A stretch of DNA of 64,000 nucleotides. Source: an uncultured Myxococcales bacterium (GTDB lineage: Bacteria > Myxococcota > UBA4151). Below, piece after piece: positions 40,774 through 50,556 of the stretch. The position numbers were made by a program, and so were the translations under genes. Position 1 is the first letter of the stretch. The number at the start of each line of letters is the position of its first letter. The DNA lies in the NCBI GenBank assembly GCA_964013405.1, contig CAXGWI010000006.1, forward strand, positions 2,893 through 66,892, written 5' to 3'. A model generated the notes under the pieces. It searched no databases, was not told the origin of the DNA, and worked only from the letters and a program-made list of their open reading frames with translations.

Positions 40774-41964
40774 ATGAATTTGGCAAACCTCCCGCTCTGG
40801 GTTCTCCTTCTGGTCGGTGGACTGATCGTAGTCTCTGCGGTCATGATCGGGATGAAAATCGGGCGCACAAAAGGATACGCTCGCGGTCGTCGAGTGGAGC
40901 GCCGAGTCCAAAAAAGAAAGCAGCGCCGAGCCGCGGCTCGGGCCGAGTCAGAAGTGGAAGCCACCGACATCCACGACAGCCAATTGGGCGCAGAACTGCC
41001 CAGTGCCGACCTGAACGAACTCGACGTGGATGCGGTGATGCCGGTGGTGCGAGACCACTTAGACGAGATCCTTCTCCGCCTCGAAGAGGAAGGCACCTAC
41101 AGCGAAACCGAGACCCGCAAAGAGTTGATCTGGAAGAACAGTGTCCTCGACGCCTACGTGGGCAAGCACGTGCTTCATCGGCTCGAAGAAGAGCGCCGGG
41201 GCAAGGCGCTCATTGCGGGCCAACTCAACATCGCTGATGCCGGCGAATGTACCATTCTCTTTATGGATCTACGGGGTTTTACCGCGGTCACTCAACAACT
41301 GGGTCCCAGCATCACCCCCTTGCTCATCAACTACTACCTCAAGTCCGTCACCCGCGTGATTCACGCTTTTGGTGGCACCGTCGATAAGTTCATCGGCGAC
41401 TGTGTGATGGCCACCTGGGGTCTGCCCCATGAGCATCCCACAGGGCCCCTGTCCGCGGTCCAATGCGGACGGGCCATGGTCGAAGCGGTCGAGACGGTGA
41501 ACTCCTTCCTCTTTGACGAGATTCAGAAAGCGGGGCTTCGGGTGACCGAGGAAGGGGCTGTGACAAAGAAGTCGAAGAAGAAGATCGGCGACGATCAAGC
41601 GGACTATGAGCGTAAGCTGAAGGGGGTGGCCCAGAAGCTACTCCACCCCTCCATTGGCATTGCCACTGGCCTTGTCGCTGGCCTGTCCATGGGCGGCCCC
41701 GAGCGGCGCTCTTACTCGGTGATCGGCAAAGCCGTGAATCGGGCGGCCCGTTTAGAGGCCGCTACCCGCAAAGAGAACTGCGACTTGCTTATCGACAACG
41801 AGACCTATGAGATCATTAAACAGGAAGGGGCAGCCGCGGACATGAAGCGGGCCGACCTACGAGACCTCAAGGGTCTTGGCTATCGGCAAGCCTGGCAGTG
41901 GAGTCGCTCCACCGTGGGCAGTCTCCACGACCCAGACGCCCCTATCTCGGTAGACCCTCTGTGA
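40774..41964 (+). CDS. Membrane-anchored class III adenylate/guanylate cyclase
   Basis: N-terminal TM. CHD motifs FMDLRGFT and FIGDCVMATWG. Confidence 0.7.
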   Translation: MNLANLPLWVLLLVGGLIVVSAVMIGMKIGRTKGYARGRRVERRVQKRKQRRAAARAESEVEATDIHDSQLGAELPSADLNELDVDAVMPVVRDHLDEILLRLEEEGTYSETETRKELIWKNSVLDAYVGKHVLHRLEEERRGKALIAGQLNIADAGECTILFMDLRGFTAVTQQLGPSITPLLINYYLKSVTRVIHAFGGTVDKFIGDCVMATWGLPHEHPTGPLSAVQCGRAMVEAVETVNSFLFDEIQKAGLRVTEEGAVTKKSKKKIGDDQADYERKLKGVAQKLLHPSIGIATGLVAGLSMGGPERRSYSVIGKAVNRAARLEAATRKENCDLLIDNETYEIIKQEGAAADMKRADLRDLKGLGYRQAWQWSRSTVGSLHDPDAPISVDPL

Positions 41965-42989
41965 AATCACTCCCATTCGCCCTCGTTGGGGCGCTGCTCC
42001 TCGCCGGCTGCGCTGCGCCTCAGAAGCCGCCCCCCCGCCGGGAAGCGCCCAGCTTTCCCCCGCTCCCCTCGGCCCTTCCGGCGCCGCCCGAAGCGAGCGA
42101 GTTGCCCAAGATTGTGGACAGCTCCCTGCAGTTCTTCTTCAGCCCCCCGCGCCAAAACGGAAAGGTCCGGGTCCGGGTTGAGTTCAAGGTCAACGGCTAT
42201 CTGGAGGCCGATGACCTGGTCGCTCTTGAATTGACCAAGCGGCGACGCCCGGTCGGTCGACGCCTGGAGTGCCCCCAGCGACGAAGCGCCCGCAGCGGGG
42301 TCACCGTCGAATGCACCGCAAAAAGCGACTCTACCGCCGGCGAAATCCCTGTCAGCGCAGGAACCTATGACTTCCTGATCTCTCTGAAGCGGGAGGGGCG
42401 CTATAAGCCGCTGCGCCGAGGGCGCTTCCAGGTCTTTAAGTGCAGCGCGGGCGTCTGCCTCAATCGGGATGGCATCCTCGGTGAGCATTGGGCCCACTTC
42501 GAGAATCGCAAGGACCCCCGCCTGGTGTTCCGCCTCGCGTTCAAGAGTCGCTCGGCCATGCCAGCAATGCATCCGGATCCCAAGCGACAAGCCAAGGCAA
42601 AAGCGGGGACCGCCGTGGAGACCCTGACCACCACCTGTTATGCGGGAAAAAAGAAGCTCGGGCGGAGCTCCGAGAGCTTCATGGTTCTCGAGGATGACGG
42701 CGTCTGGGTTGAGTTACTGGCCCGCAGCGACCTCTTTCTTCAGGACCTCCAGGATCTGGGGAAGGGTCCCCTGCGCTGCAAGGTGAATTTGAATGCGAAG
42801 CCCTTTGCAGACCTGCGCTTAATTCTCGATGAGGATGGCGGTCTTGTGCCCCACCCGGCGCAGACAGGCGAGAAGGGACTTCAGAGCCCCTGGTGGTGGG
42901 TGAAAGCCTATCGTCCGGGCCGACAGGATTCCCGAGCGAAAGCCGGCGCTCGCAGCATTAAGCGACTGCGGCTCAACGGTCGCTTCTAG
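41961..42989 (+). CDS. Hypothetical lipoprotein
   Basis: GTG start overlapping cyclase stop. Lipobox LLLAGCAAP. Confidence 0.35.
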   Translation: MKSLPFALVGALLLAGCAAPQKPPPRREAPSFPPLPSALPAPPEASELPKIVDSSLQFFFSPPRQNGKVRVRVEFKVNGYLEADDLVALELTKRRRPVGRRLECPQRRSARSGVTVECTAKSDSTAGEIPVSAGTYDFLISLKREGRYKPLRRGRFQVFKCSAGVCLNRDGILGEHWAHFENRKDPRLVFRLAFKSRSAMPAMHPDPKRQAKAKAGTAVETLTTTCYAGKKKLGRSSESFMVLEDDGVWVELLARSDLFLQDLQDLGKGPLRCKVNLNAKPFADLRLILDEDGGLVPHPAQTGEKGLQSPWWWVKAYRPGRQDSRAKAGARSIKRLRLNGRF

Positions 42990-43768
42990 GCCAGTTGAAT
43001 CTGGTCTGCACCGTGAAGGCCGGCCGGATAAATGGTCTGAATCGCGGCTCGGCTGGCCTCAGGGTCATCGGTAAAACACAGACGGGTTCGTCCGGCGCCG
43101 GATCGGGCATCGGGGTACATCCTATAAAGAGACTGGGCCACCGCCTCGCTGGAGTCGATGATGGCGAGGCCTTCGGGGAGTCGAGCCGCAAGATGGTCTT
43201 TCAAGACCGGGTAGTGGGTACAGCCTAGAATCAGCGCCGCCGGCGTTGGCTGAAGCAGATCACTCAAATAGTGGTCGATCACACCATCGAGAACGACACC
43301 CGGGGGCCAGCCCTCCTCGACGAGGGGGACAAAGAGCGGGCAGGCCCGCTGGCGGATCTGGCGACCGGGCAGGGTCTCATTCAAGGCCCGAAGATAAGCT
43401 TGGGAGCTGACGGTTCCCCGGGTGGCGAGCACCAAAATGGGGCCCTTTGAGTGGGCGGCGGCGGCCGCTGACGCTGCCCCTGCGAGCACCACACCCGTCA
43501 CCGGTAGAGGCGAACAAGCTGTGCGCACGGCCTCGGCCCCGTAGGCACTGGCTGTATTGCACGCGATCACCAGATGGTCACAACCCTGATCCACGAGCCA
43601 CTGGGCACATTCGAGAGCGTATTGCTTGACCGTCTTTGCGCCACGCCCACCGTAGGGAACCCGGGCCGTATCCCCCAAGTAGAGCAAATCGGCCCCGGGC
43701 AAACGAGCCCGGATAGCCGCAAGCACGGTCAGTCCGCCCACGCCGGAGTCAAAAATACCGATTCTCAC
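42986..43768 (-). CDS. murI: Glutamate racemase
   Basis: MRIGIFDSGVGGLTVL and two catalytic Cys regions. Confidence 0.85.
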   Translation of the reverse strand: MRIGIFDSGVGGLTVLAAIRARLPGADLLYLGDTARVPYGGRGAKTVKQYALECAQWLVDQGCDHLVIACNTASAYGAEAVRTACSPLPVTGVVLAGAASAAAAAHSKGPILVLATRGTVSSQAYLRALNETLPGRQIRQRACPLFVPLVEEGWPPGVVLDGVIDHYLSDLLQPTPAALILGCTHYPVLKDHLAARLPEGLAIIDSSEAVAQSLYRMYPDARSGAGRTRLCFTDDPEASRAAIQTIYPAGLHGADQIQLA

Positions 43769-45066
43769 GAAGGACGCCCGATGCAGTGATACCGAAAGCC
43801 CATGCGGCCCATCTTCTGCGGCGAATAGAGGTTGCGACCATCGATGATAATGGCTGCTTTCAAACTCGACTTGATGCGTTCGAGATCGGGGGCTCGGTAA
43901 TCGGACCAGTCGGTAAAGATGACCAGCGCGTCGGCCCCCTCGAGGGCATCATAAGCGCCTTGGGCGTAGTGCACCCCCGCAGGGAGTTCCTTGCGGGCAT
44001 TGTCCATGGCCACGGGATCGTGGGCTTGAACTCGTGCCCCCGCCTCCAAGAACGCAGGGATGCAGTAGAGGGCCGGTGCTTCCCGCATATCATCGGTCTT
44101 GGCTTTGAAGGCCAAGCCCCACACCGCCAGGGTTTTTCCCCTAAGGTCCGCACCAAGCACATCGTGGACTTTGCGAATCAAAATGCGCCGTTGTTCCTGA
44201 TTGACCTGATCCGTCGCTTCGAGGAGTCGCAAGGGAACACCATGCCTACGACCGGTGTGGGCGAGAGCCTTCACATCTTTAGGAAAACAGGAGCCCCCAT
44301 AACCACAGCCCGCATAGAGAAAGGCGGGCCCGATGCGGGAATCACTGCCGATCCCGAAACGAATCTCTTCGATATCGGCCCCCACTTCATCACAAAGACG
44401 AGCCATTTCATTCATGAAGGAGATCCGCGTCGCCAACATGCCGTTCGCCGCGTACTTCGTCATCTCCGCGGAACGAACGCCCATGGTTAGCGTCCTGCGC
44501 TCCTTACGGTTGAAGGGTTCGTAGAGGGCTTCGAGTTCCTCACGGCTTTGCTCGTCCTCGACCCCGAGAATAATGCGATCCGGGCGAGTGAAGTCGTTGA
44601 CCGCATCGCCTTCCTTCAAAAATTCCGGGTTGGAGGCGACCCGGTGGGCGAGATCACTATGGGCTTCAAGAATGCGACGGACCCGATCGGCTGTGCCGAC
44701 GGGAACGGTCGACTTGGTGACCACCAACTTGGCGTCTGTGGCCGCTTGGGCAATCTGGCGAGCCACCACCTCGACGGCTGCCAAATCGGCACTGCCATCC
44801 TCGTCTTGGGGCGTACCGACCGCGATCATCACCACGGTGGCATGGCGAATTCCTTCGGCGAGGTCGGTGGTAAAGAACAGTCGTTCACGAGCCTGAGTCC
44901 GCTGGACGATCCGCTCGAGACCTGGCTCGAAAATGGGGACTTCACCGGCCTGGAGGCGCGCTATTTTCTCCCCGTCGATATCGATGCAAGTGACATGGTT
45001 ACCAGCGTCTGCGAGGCAAGCTCCGCTGACCAACCCCACATAGCCCGTACCAATGACCGCCAGTTT
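43765..45066 (-). CDS. ugd: UDP-glucose 6-dehydrogenase
   Basis: MKLAVIGTGYVGLVSGACLADAGNHVTCIDID Rossmann N-terminus. Catalytic Cys region GGSCFPKD. Confidence 0.85.
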   Translation of the reverse strand, partial: KLAVIGTGYVGLVSGACLADAGNHVTCIDIDGEKIARLQAGEVPIFEPGLERIVQRTQARERLFFTTDLAEGIRHATVVMIAVGTPQDEDGSADLAAVEVVARQIAQAATDAKLVVTKSTVPVGTADRVRRILEAHSDLAHRVASNPEFLKEGDAVNDFTRPDRIILGVEDEQSREELEALYEPFNRKERRTLTMGVRSAEMTKYAANGMLATRISFMNEMARLCDEVGADIEEIRFGIGSDSRIGPAFLYAGCGYGGSCFPKDVKALAHTGRRHGVPLRLLEATDQVNQEQRRILIRKVHDVLGADLRGKTLAVWGLAFKAKTDDMREAPALYCIPAFLEAGARVQAHDPVAMDNARKELPAGVHYAQGAYDALEGADALVIFTDWSDYRAPDLERIKSSLKAAIIIDGRNLYSPQKMGRMGFRYHCIGRPS

Positions 45067-45171
45067 CATCCGCCACCCCTCGTCTGGGCAGCGATAACGG
45101 CGGGATAGCCGGCGAGCAAGGTATATGACCCCTCCACGGCGGTTGACAGGCCGGCCTGGACAGGGAAGCAA

Positions 45172-46134
45172 GTGAGCATGGCAGTTCTCGTGACAGGTGG
45201 TGCAGGCTTTATCGGTTCCCATGTGGCCGAAGCCCTTTTAGCTCGGGGCGAGTCCGTGGTGGTGGTCGACAATCTCAACAGCTTTTACGACCCCCAATTG
45301 AAGCGCCAGAACCTGGAAGCCATCGATCACCCCCAACTCAAGGTGATCATTGGCGATCTCGCCGATGGAGACATCCGAGCCCAGGGACTTGAGGGCGTGG
45401 ATCGGGTGATTCATCTCGCCGCCAGCGCGGGGGTCCGACCCAGCATTGAAGACCCCGCAAAATACGTTCACCAGAACCTGATGATTCCCACCTTACTGCT
45501 GGAATCCATGCGCACAGCGGGCATCTCGAAGCTGGTCTGGGCCAGTTCCTCTTCCGTTTACGGCGATCACCTTGAGACCCCCTTTGCCGAGTCCGCTTCC
45601 GTGATGAAGCCTGTCAGCCCCTATGCGGCCACCAAAGTGGGCGGAGAGGCCCTCGCGGCCTGTTACAACCATCTCTACGGCATGGACATCACCAGCCTGC
45701 GTTTCTTTACGGTCTATGGCGAACGGCAACGCCCCGAGATGGCCATTCATAAGTTCGCCCGATTGATGATGCAGGATCGCCCGATTCCCCAGTTCGGGGA
45801 TGGCAGCACGGCTCGAGATTACACCTATATCGGTGACATCGTTCCCGGTGTCTTGGCGGCCCTCGATCGCTTAGGCGGCTGCCACGTCTACAATCTTGGG
45901 GAGGCAGAGATGGTTCGTCTCGATCGCCTCATCGCCGCCATCGGCCAGGCCATCGGCAAGACACCAGTGGTCGAGGTCATGCCCCTCCAGCCGGGGGATG
46001 TGACCCGAACGAACGCGGCGATCCAGCGGGCTCAAACCGACCTGGACTACCAACCGACCACGTCCATTGAAGGGGGGCTCGCTCGCTTTGCCGACTGGTT
46101 TCTGGCCCGCCCGTGGCTCTGGCAAGACACATGA
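45172..46134 (+). CDS. NAD-dependent sugar-nucleotide epimerase (UDP-glucuronate / UDP-glucose 4-epimerase-like SDR)
   Basis: VLVTGGAGFIGSH Rossmann motif. YxxxK (PYAATK). Divergent from ugd. Confidence 0.7.
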   Translation: MSMAVLVTGGAGFIGSHVAEALLARGESVVVVDNLNSFYDPQLKRQNLEAIDHPQLKVIIGDLADGDIRAQGLEGVDRVIHLAASAGVRPSIEDPAKYVHQNLMIPTLLLESMRTAGISKLVWASSSSVYGDHLETPFAESASVMKPVSPYAATKVGGEALAACYNHLYGMDITSLRFFTVYGERQRPEMAIHKFARLMMQDRPIPQFGDGSTARDYTYIGDIVPGVLAALDRLGGCHVYNLGEAEMVRLDRLIAAIGQAIGKTPVVEVMPLQPGDVTRTNAAIQRAQTDLDYQPTTSIEGGLARFADWFLARPWLWQDT

Positions 46135-46844
46135 AGCTAGCCCTCGCTTTTTGCCTAGCGGCCACGCCATCGGTGGTACCCACAACAGCAGAAACCGGTC
46201 GGGACCGGCCTCTCAATTGGGTGGATGCCGGCCTGCTCCTCGGGGGAGCCGCCGGCTACCTGGGCCTGCACAAGGGCGGCTCCGATTGGGCCTTGATCGA
46301 TTGGCCTGTGCCCCCAGCTGGCCCCCAGTGGCAAGAAGACACGGTCCCCACCACCGCCGTGATCGGGACCGGTGTCCTCCTCACCCTTGCTGCGGGCATG
46401 GAAGGCGGGCTTGTGGAAGCGGTCGCCATGGCCCAGGCCGGCCTGGTGACCGCCGCGGCCACGAATGTTTTAAAAATCCTCGTGGGGCGCCCCCGGCCGG
46501 ATTACGTCGATCGAACCACACGGAGCTATGACAGCCCCGAGACGCAAGCAGAAGAACTCGACGACGCCCGACTCAGCCTGCCCTCTGGGCACAGCTCCGC
46601 GGCTTTTGCCTTTGCCACCCAAACCGGTCGCTGGCTGCATCGAGCCGGTTGCGCCCGGGGCTGGAGCAAAACGGCCAGGCTCGCTGGCTACGCCCTGCCC
46701 TTAACCATGGCCGGTGCGGTGGCTTGGACACGGGTCAGTGACAATCGCCATTACCCCAGCGATGTCTTTGCGGGTGCCCTTGTTGGTAGCGGCATTGCCT
46801 ATGGTTTGGACCGCTGGCAGAACGGCGCCGTTGCCTGCCCTTGA
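46131..46844 (+). CDS. PAP2-family phosphatase
   Basis: KxxxxxxRP ... PSGH ... SRxxxxxHxxxD motifs (KILVGRPRPDY, PSGHSS, SRVSDNRHYPSDV). Confidence 0.65.
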   Translation: MKLALAFCLAATPSVVPTTAETGRDRPLNWVDAGLLLGGAAGYLGLHKGGSDWALIDWPVPPAGPQWQEDTVPTTAVIGTGVLLTLAAGMEGGLVEAVAMAQAGLVTAAATNVLKILVGRPRPDYVDRTTRSYDSPETQAEELDDARLSLPSGHSSAAFAFATQTGRWLHRAGCARGWSKTARLAGYALPLTMAGAVAWTRVSDNRHYPSDVFAGALVGSGIAYGLDRWQNGAVACP

Positions 46845-46853
46845 GGACAGCCC

Positions 46854-48341
46854 CTAAGCGCTCGCTAGGTCTCGCTCAGCCTTGCTGAGGTCATTACGAG
46901 CGGCCTCCAAGGCGGCCAAGTAGTCTTCGCTGACATCACCGGTGATGTAGCGTCCCGAGAAGACACAGTCCTCATAGGTCTCGATCGATGGGTTACCTTC
47001 AGTGGCCGCCTGGCGCAGGTCCTCAAGGTCTTGATACACCAACCAGTCGGCGCCGATGCGTTCTTGAATGGCTTCCACCGTGCGGCCATGGGCGATCAGC
47101 TCCCGGGCTGCGGGCATGTCGATCCCATAGACGTTGGGATAGCGCACCGGCGGTGCGGCGGAGGCAAAGGACACGGTCTTAGCACCGGCTTGGCGAGCCA
47201 TTCGAATGATCTCTTTACAGGTCGTGCCTCGAACGATGGAGTCATCCACGAGCAGGACATTTTTGTCGCGAAACTCAAGGGAGATCGGGTTGAGTTTTTG
47301 GCGAACTGACTTTTTGCGAACCTCTTGGCCCGGCATGATGAAGGTTCGGCCGATATAGCGGTTCTTGATAAAGCCTTCCCGGAACTTGGCGCCGATGTGA
47401 TAGGCCACCTGAATGGCGGCGGTCCGGCTCGTATCGGGCACAGGAATGACCACATCGATCTCGTGATCGGGGCGCTCACGAAGAATCTTCGCGGCCAAGG
47501 CATCCCCCATCCGCAAGCGACTCTTGTAGACCGAGATCCCATCCATGATGGAATCCGGCCGAGCGAAGTAGACGTATTCGAAGAGACAGGGGGCGTGAAC
47601 CACCCCATGGTCTGGACAATGGCGATGAACGGCCCCATCGGCCGCGCCAAAGACCACCGCCTCTCCCGGTCTGATGTTGTCGACAAAGCTAAAGCCAGAA
47701 GCCTCAATGGCCACCGACTCCGAGGCCACCATGTACTCCCGACCTGCGTCCGTGTCCCGATGACCGAAGCACAGGGGCCGAATCCCATGCTGATCTCGAA
47801 AGGCGATCAGGCCGAAGCCCGGAATCATCGCGACCACCGCATAGGCTCCTCGGCAACGGTGATGCAGGCCTTCAACCGCATGAAAGAGATGCTTGGGCTC
47901 GAGGCTTTCAATGCTTTGTTTGCTCAACTCGTGGGCCAACACATTCAACAACACTTCCGAGTCGGAGTTGGTGTTGAGATGACGGCGATCGAGGGCGAAG
48001 AGCTCTTCTTTGAGGGCATCCGCATTGGTGAGGGTGCCATTGTGGCCAAGAGCGATCCCATAGGGTGAGTTCACGTAGAGCGGCTGGGCTTCCTCGGTAC
48101 TGGAACTGCCGGCGGTGGGATAGCGAACGTGGCCGATGCCCAGATTCCCCACAAGTTCCCGCATGTGTCGGGTGCGGAAGACATCTTTGACCATGCCATT
48201 GTCTTTGCGCAGAAAAATACGACTACCTGCGGTGGTGGCGATCCCTGCAGCATCCTGACCCCGATGCTGCAAAACCGTCAGCGTGTCATAGATGCGCGTA
48301 TTGACGGGCTCGGTGCCCATGATGCCGACGATTCCACACAT
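46854..48341 (-). CDS. purF: Amidophosphoribosyltransferase
   Basis: N-terminal MCGIVGIMG (Cys1 nucleophile), E. coli-like. PRPP-binding [13 protein letters not shown]. Confidence 0.9.
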   Translation of the reverse strand: MCGIVGIMGTEPVNTRIYDTLTVLQHRGQDAAGIATTAGSRIFLRKDNGMVKDVFRTRHMRELVGNLGIGHVRYPTAGSSSTEEAQPLYVNSPYGIALGHNGTLTNADALKEELFALDRRHLNTNSDSEVLLNVLAHELSKQSIESLEPKHLFHAVEGLHHRCRGAYAVVAMIPGFGLIAFRDQHGIRPLCFGHRDTDAGREYMVASESVAIEASGFSFVDNIRPGEAVVFGAADGAVHRHCPDHGVVHAPCLFEYVYFARPDSIMDGISVYKSRLRMGDALAAKILRERPDHEIDVVIPVPDTSRTAAIQVAYHIGAKFREGFIKNRYIGRTFIMPGQEVRKKSVRQKLNPISLEFRDKNVLLVDDSIVRGTTCKEIIRMARQAGAKTVSFASAAPPVRYPNVYGIDMPAARELIAHGRTVEAIQERIGADWLVYQDLEDLRQAATEGNPSIETYEDCVFSGRYITGDVSEDYLAALEAARNDLSKAERDLASA

Positions 48342-48554
48342 GAAATCATCCTTTCCAGGGGGATTGCCCGCTACCCTGCCCCTTTGGATTGTACAAGCCT
48401 GCAGGCCTAGGGCTCCATCCCGCTGCATGGACCGCTCAATTTGATCGCTAGGCCACCGTCGGGGTCGTTGCCTCCCCTGACAATGGCTGGCACAAGCAAG
48501 TCATAGAAAGGCTCCAGCCTATGACGACCCATCCCCTGGTCGATCGATTCCAGG

Positions 48555-49865
48555 CTATAAGGGCATTTCGCCCAGCAAAGCATCGGAACCGTCCTTACGC
48601 CGAGAAAGGACGCGTAGACGGTAGTCCCCCTCTGGCAGTCCTGACTTCTTCAACTGCTTCTTGATCACATGGCGCATGACTGCACATGGCCCCGGCCGTG
48701 GTAGCGCCACACATTCTTTACCGGCCCGCGCAACATAAAGACCCAGTTGCTTGCGGCCCCGCAACCGAGGAATGCGTTGCACGACCTCACCCTCGCTATC
48801 GATGATCTGGCTGTGTCGAAGCGGAAAGCCGACTGGCTTCGCGTACATCTTATAGGCTGAGAGCGGGTAGAAGTCCCTCTGCACGACGGTCAAAGCCAAG
48901 GTGCCCAGGACGATTCCCAGTGAGACGAAGGTCATCGGCAAAGGCCAAGGGTTCATGCCCCCAAATACGGTCTTCCGATCCGGCAACCGAGGCCAGGCCA
49001 TGAAGATCAACTGAAGGATGATGAGTTCAAGAAAGAGGATATTCTGAAGAACGAAAACGGCGATGTGAAAAGTGACATAGCCCAAAGGCAACAGCAACCG
49101 TGCCCTGCGTGAAACAAGCAAAAGGGGCGCTGCCAGTTCCATGAGCAAAACGACCGTTGCAAGAACAACAAACACCCAGTCCGGCTGAGCCGCCAACTGG
49201 ATTGCGCCCCCAAAGCCATACTCAATCGGATCGAGCCCGCACACAAGCAAGCGAACCCGGAGGCCATCGGCATCAAACCAATTCCAGCCGGCCCCAATGA
49301 CCTTGGAGAGCCCCCCGCTCCAATACGCGGTGGCTAAGCTCGCCCAGATCAGAAAAACCGCAATACTTGCCTGGTCTCTCAGGCCCTCTGAGGAGGGCAG
49401 GATGGGCTGCCGCCGCGCATCAAGGCTCCAAACCGCTGCACAGGGTGTAAAGAAGAGGATAGCCAGCAACAGAATCGGAAGTTGCTCAGAATGATAGAAG
49501 ATACTGTGCTCTCGTAAGAGCCCGCCGATCAGGATTTGGAGCAACAGGCTAAGCCCGATAGCGCTCCGTGTCTTGAACCCTAAAGTCACCGCCACCAAGC
49601 TAAGAAAACAAATCATTTGCCCGACGAGTAGCGCATTCGGACTGCTCAAGAGAAAGTCATGAAGCGGTGTGAATGCAAAGGCCTTCATGAGACCAGAAGG
49701 CCGGCGGATCTCTGCTGAAAACTCGGTGAGGATCTGGAGGTCTTCTAGGGGTAAGCCCAGCATCAAGCAGCCGCCCACCAGAATCCGAATGAAGGCAAGC
49801 CGCTTAAGCGTTCCAGCCCGCAAGGCCTGCTGAAAGCCTGCTCGCACTTGTGCTTTTATCAACAC
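48555..49865 (-). CDS. HTTM-domain (vitamin-K-dependent gamma-carboxylase-like) polytopic membrane protein
   Basis: N-terminal LAFIRILVGGCLML resembles HTTM signature (...LA.fRi.fG...). About 8 predicted TM helices. Confidence 0.4.
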   Translation of the reverse strand: MLIKAQVRAGFQQALRAGTLKRLAFIRILVGGCLMLGLPLEDLQILTEFSAEIRRPSGLMKAFAFTPLHDFLLSSPNALLVGQMICFLSLVAVTLGFKTRSAIGLSLLLQILIGGLLREHSIFYHSEQLPILLLAILFFTPCAAVWSLDARRQPILPSSEGLRDQASIAVFLIWASLATAYWSGGLSKVIGAGWNWFDADGLRVRLLVCGLDPIEYGFGGAIQLAAQPDWVFVVLATVVLLMELAAPLLLVSRRARLLLPLGYVTFHIAVFVLQNILFLELIILQLIFMAWPRLPDRKTVFGGMNPWPLPMTFVSLGIVLGTLALTVVQRDFYPLSAYKMYAKPVGFPLRHSQIIDSEGEVVQRIPRLRGRKQLGLYVARAGKECVALPRPGPCAVMRHVIKKQLKKSGLPEGDYRLRVLSRRKDGSDALLGEMPL

Positions 49866-49908
49866 TTTGACCTAGTGCCTCATTGCAGGAAAGCCGCTGG
49901 TTTCTCGC

Positions 49909-50556
49909 TCAGCGCAGCTCACAGTTCTGAAGAGCCCCCGAAGCACTTTCCAGAGCCAACTTGGCTTCCCCTGGATAGCCATCCACTAGCGTAGACCAAG
50001 CCCGGTTCATATTCCGCTCGGCAGCGCTCACGCTGGAGATAAACTGAGCATACGCGAGCAGCCCATACTGGGCGACCAAGCGGTCTTTTTGCGCCACCAA
50101 GCCCCCCACGTGCTCCTCCTTCAAGGCCTCCATTCGCTCGCAGATCTCGAGATAGTCGCTGGTCTCGGCATCCTTAGCGAGACCGGCCAGGTCCTGATGG
50201 ATGGTTTGAAGCCCGGCGCTCAATGCCAAGATATGCTCCTCGGGCGACAGCGTCGCCACCGCTGATTCGCTGGATTCATCATCCATTTCCAACTGGGCGA
50301 ATCGACGCAGCAAAAAGGCTGCGAAGAAAATGAGGGCGATGCCCAGAGCGAAGCCCAGCCAAGCCCCCTGCCCCCAGGCGAGTAGCCGAGCTATTTGTGG
50401 GTGGTGGCCCTGAGCCACCAAGCCGTCGATGGCGGCGGAAGCGGCTGGAAAAGATGCGCCATACGCGGCCATGCCCACACCGGCGACCAAAAGAAAGCCG
50501 GCATCAACCCGGGCCAAGTTGCGTCCTCGTTGATCCATCTCAGGCCCCCTTTCCAA
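49909..50556 (-). CDS. Hypothetical membrane protein
   Basis: ORF with two hydrophobic segments. Overlaps OPT stop by 17 nt. Confidence 0.3.
   Translation of the reverse strand: MERGPEMDQRGRNLARVDAGFLLVAGVGMAAYGASFPAASAAIDGLVAQGHHPQIARLLAWGQGAWLGFALGIALIFFAAFLLRRFAQLEMDDESSESAVATLSPEEHILALSAGLQTIHQDLAGLAKDAETSDYLEICERMEALKEEHVGGLVAQKDRLVAQYGLLAYAQFISSVSAAERNMNRAWSTLVDGYPGEAKLALESASGALQNCELR

Noticed and set aside
45067-45171. TTGACA hexamer in the ugd/epimerase divergent region as a sigma-70 -35 element
   Set aside because: No acceptable -10 hexamer at 16-18 nt spacing on either strand, so there is no support beyond a single hexamer.
47325-48068. 247-aa ORF antisense to purF
   Set aside because: Antisense to a conserved housekeeping gene. 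No independent support.
46854-48428. Longer purF reading frame starting MQRDGALG... (29 codons upstream of MCGIVGI)
   Set aside because: PurF uses Cys1 after Met as nucleophile and the sequence is E. coli-like. AAGGA RBS sits 8 nt before ATG 48341. The upstream extension has no RBS and would overlap leader structure. A Bacillus-type propeptide cannot be fully excluded.
48342-48554. Outright ZTP riboswitch call upstream of purF
   Set aside because: Only partial resemblance to the 5' subdomain and the hallmark 3' CGCCUGGGCA pseudoknot partner is missing. Reported only as a structured leader needing a covariance-model check.
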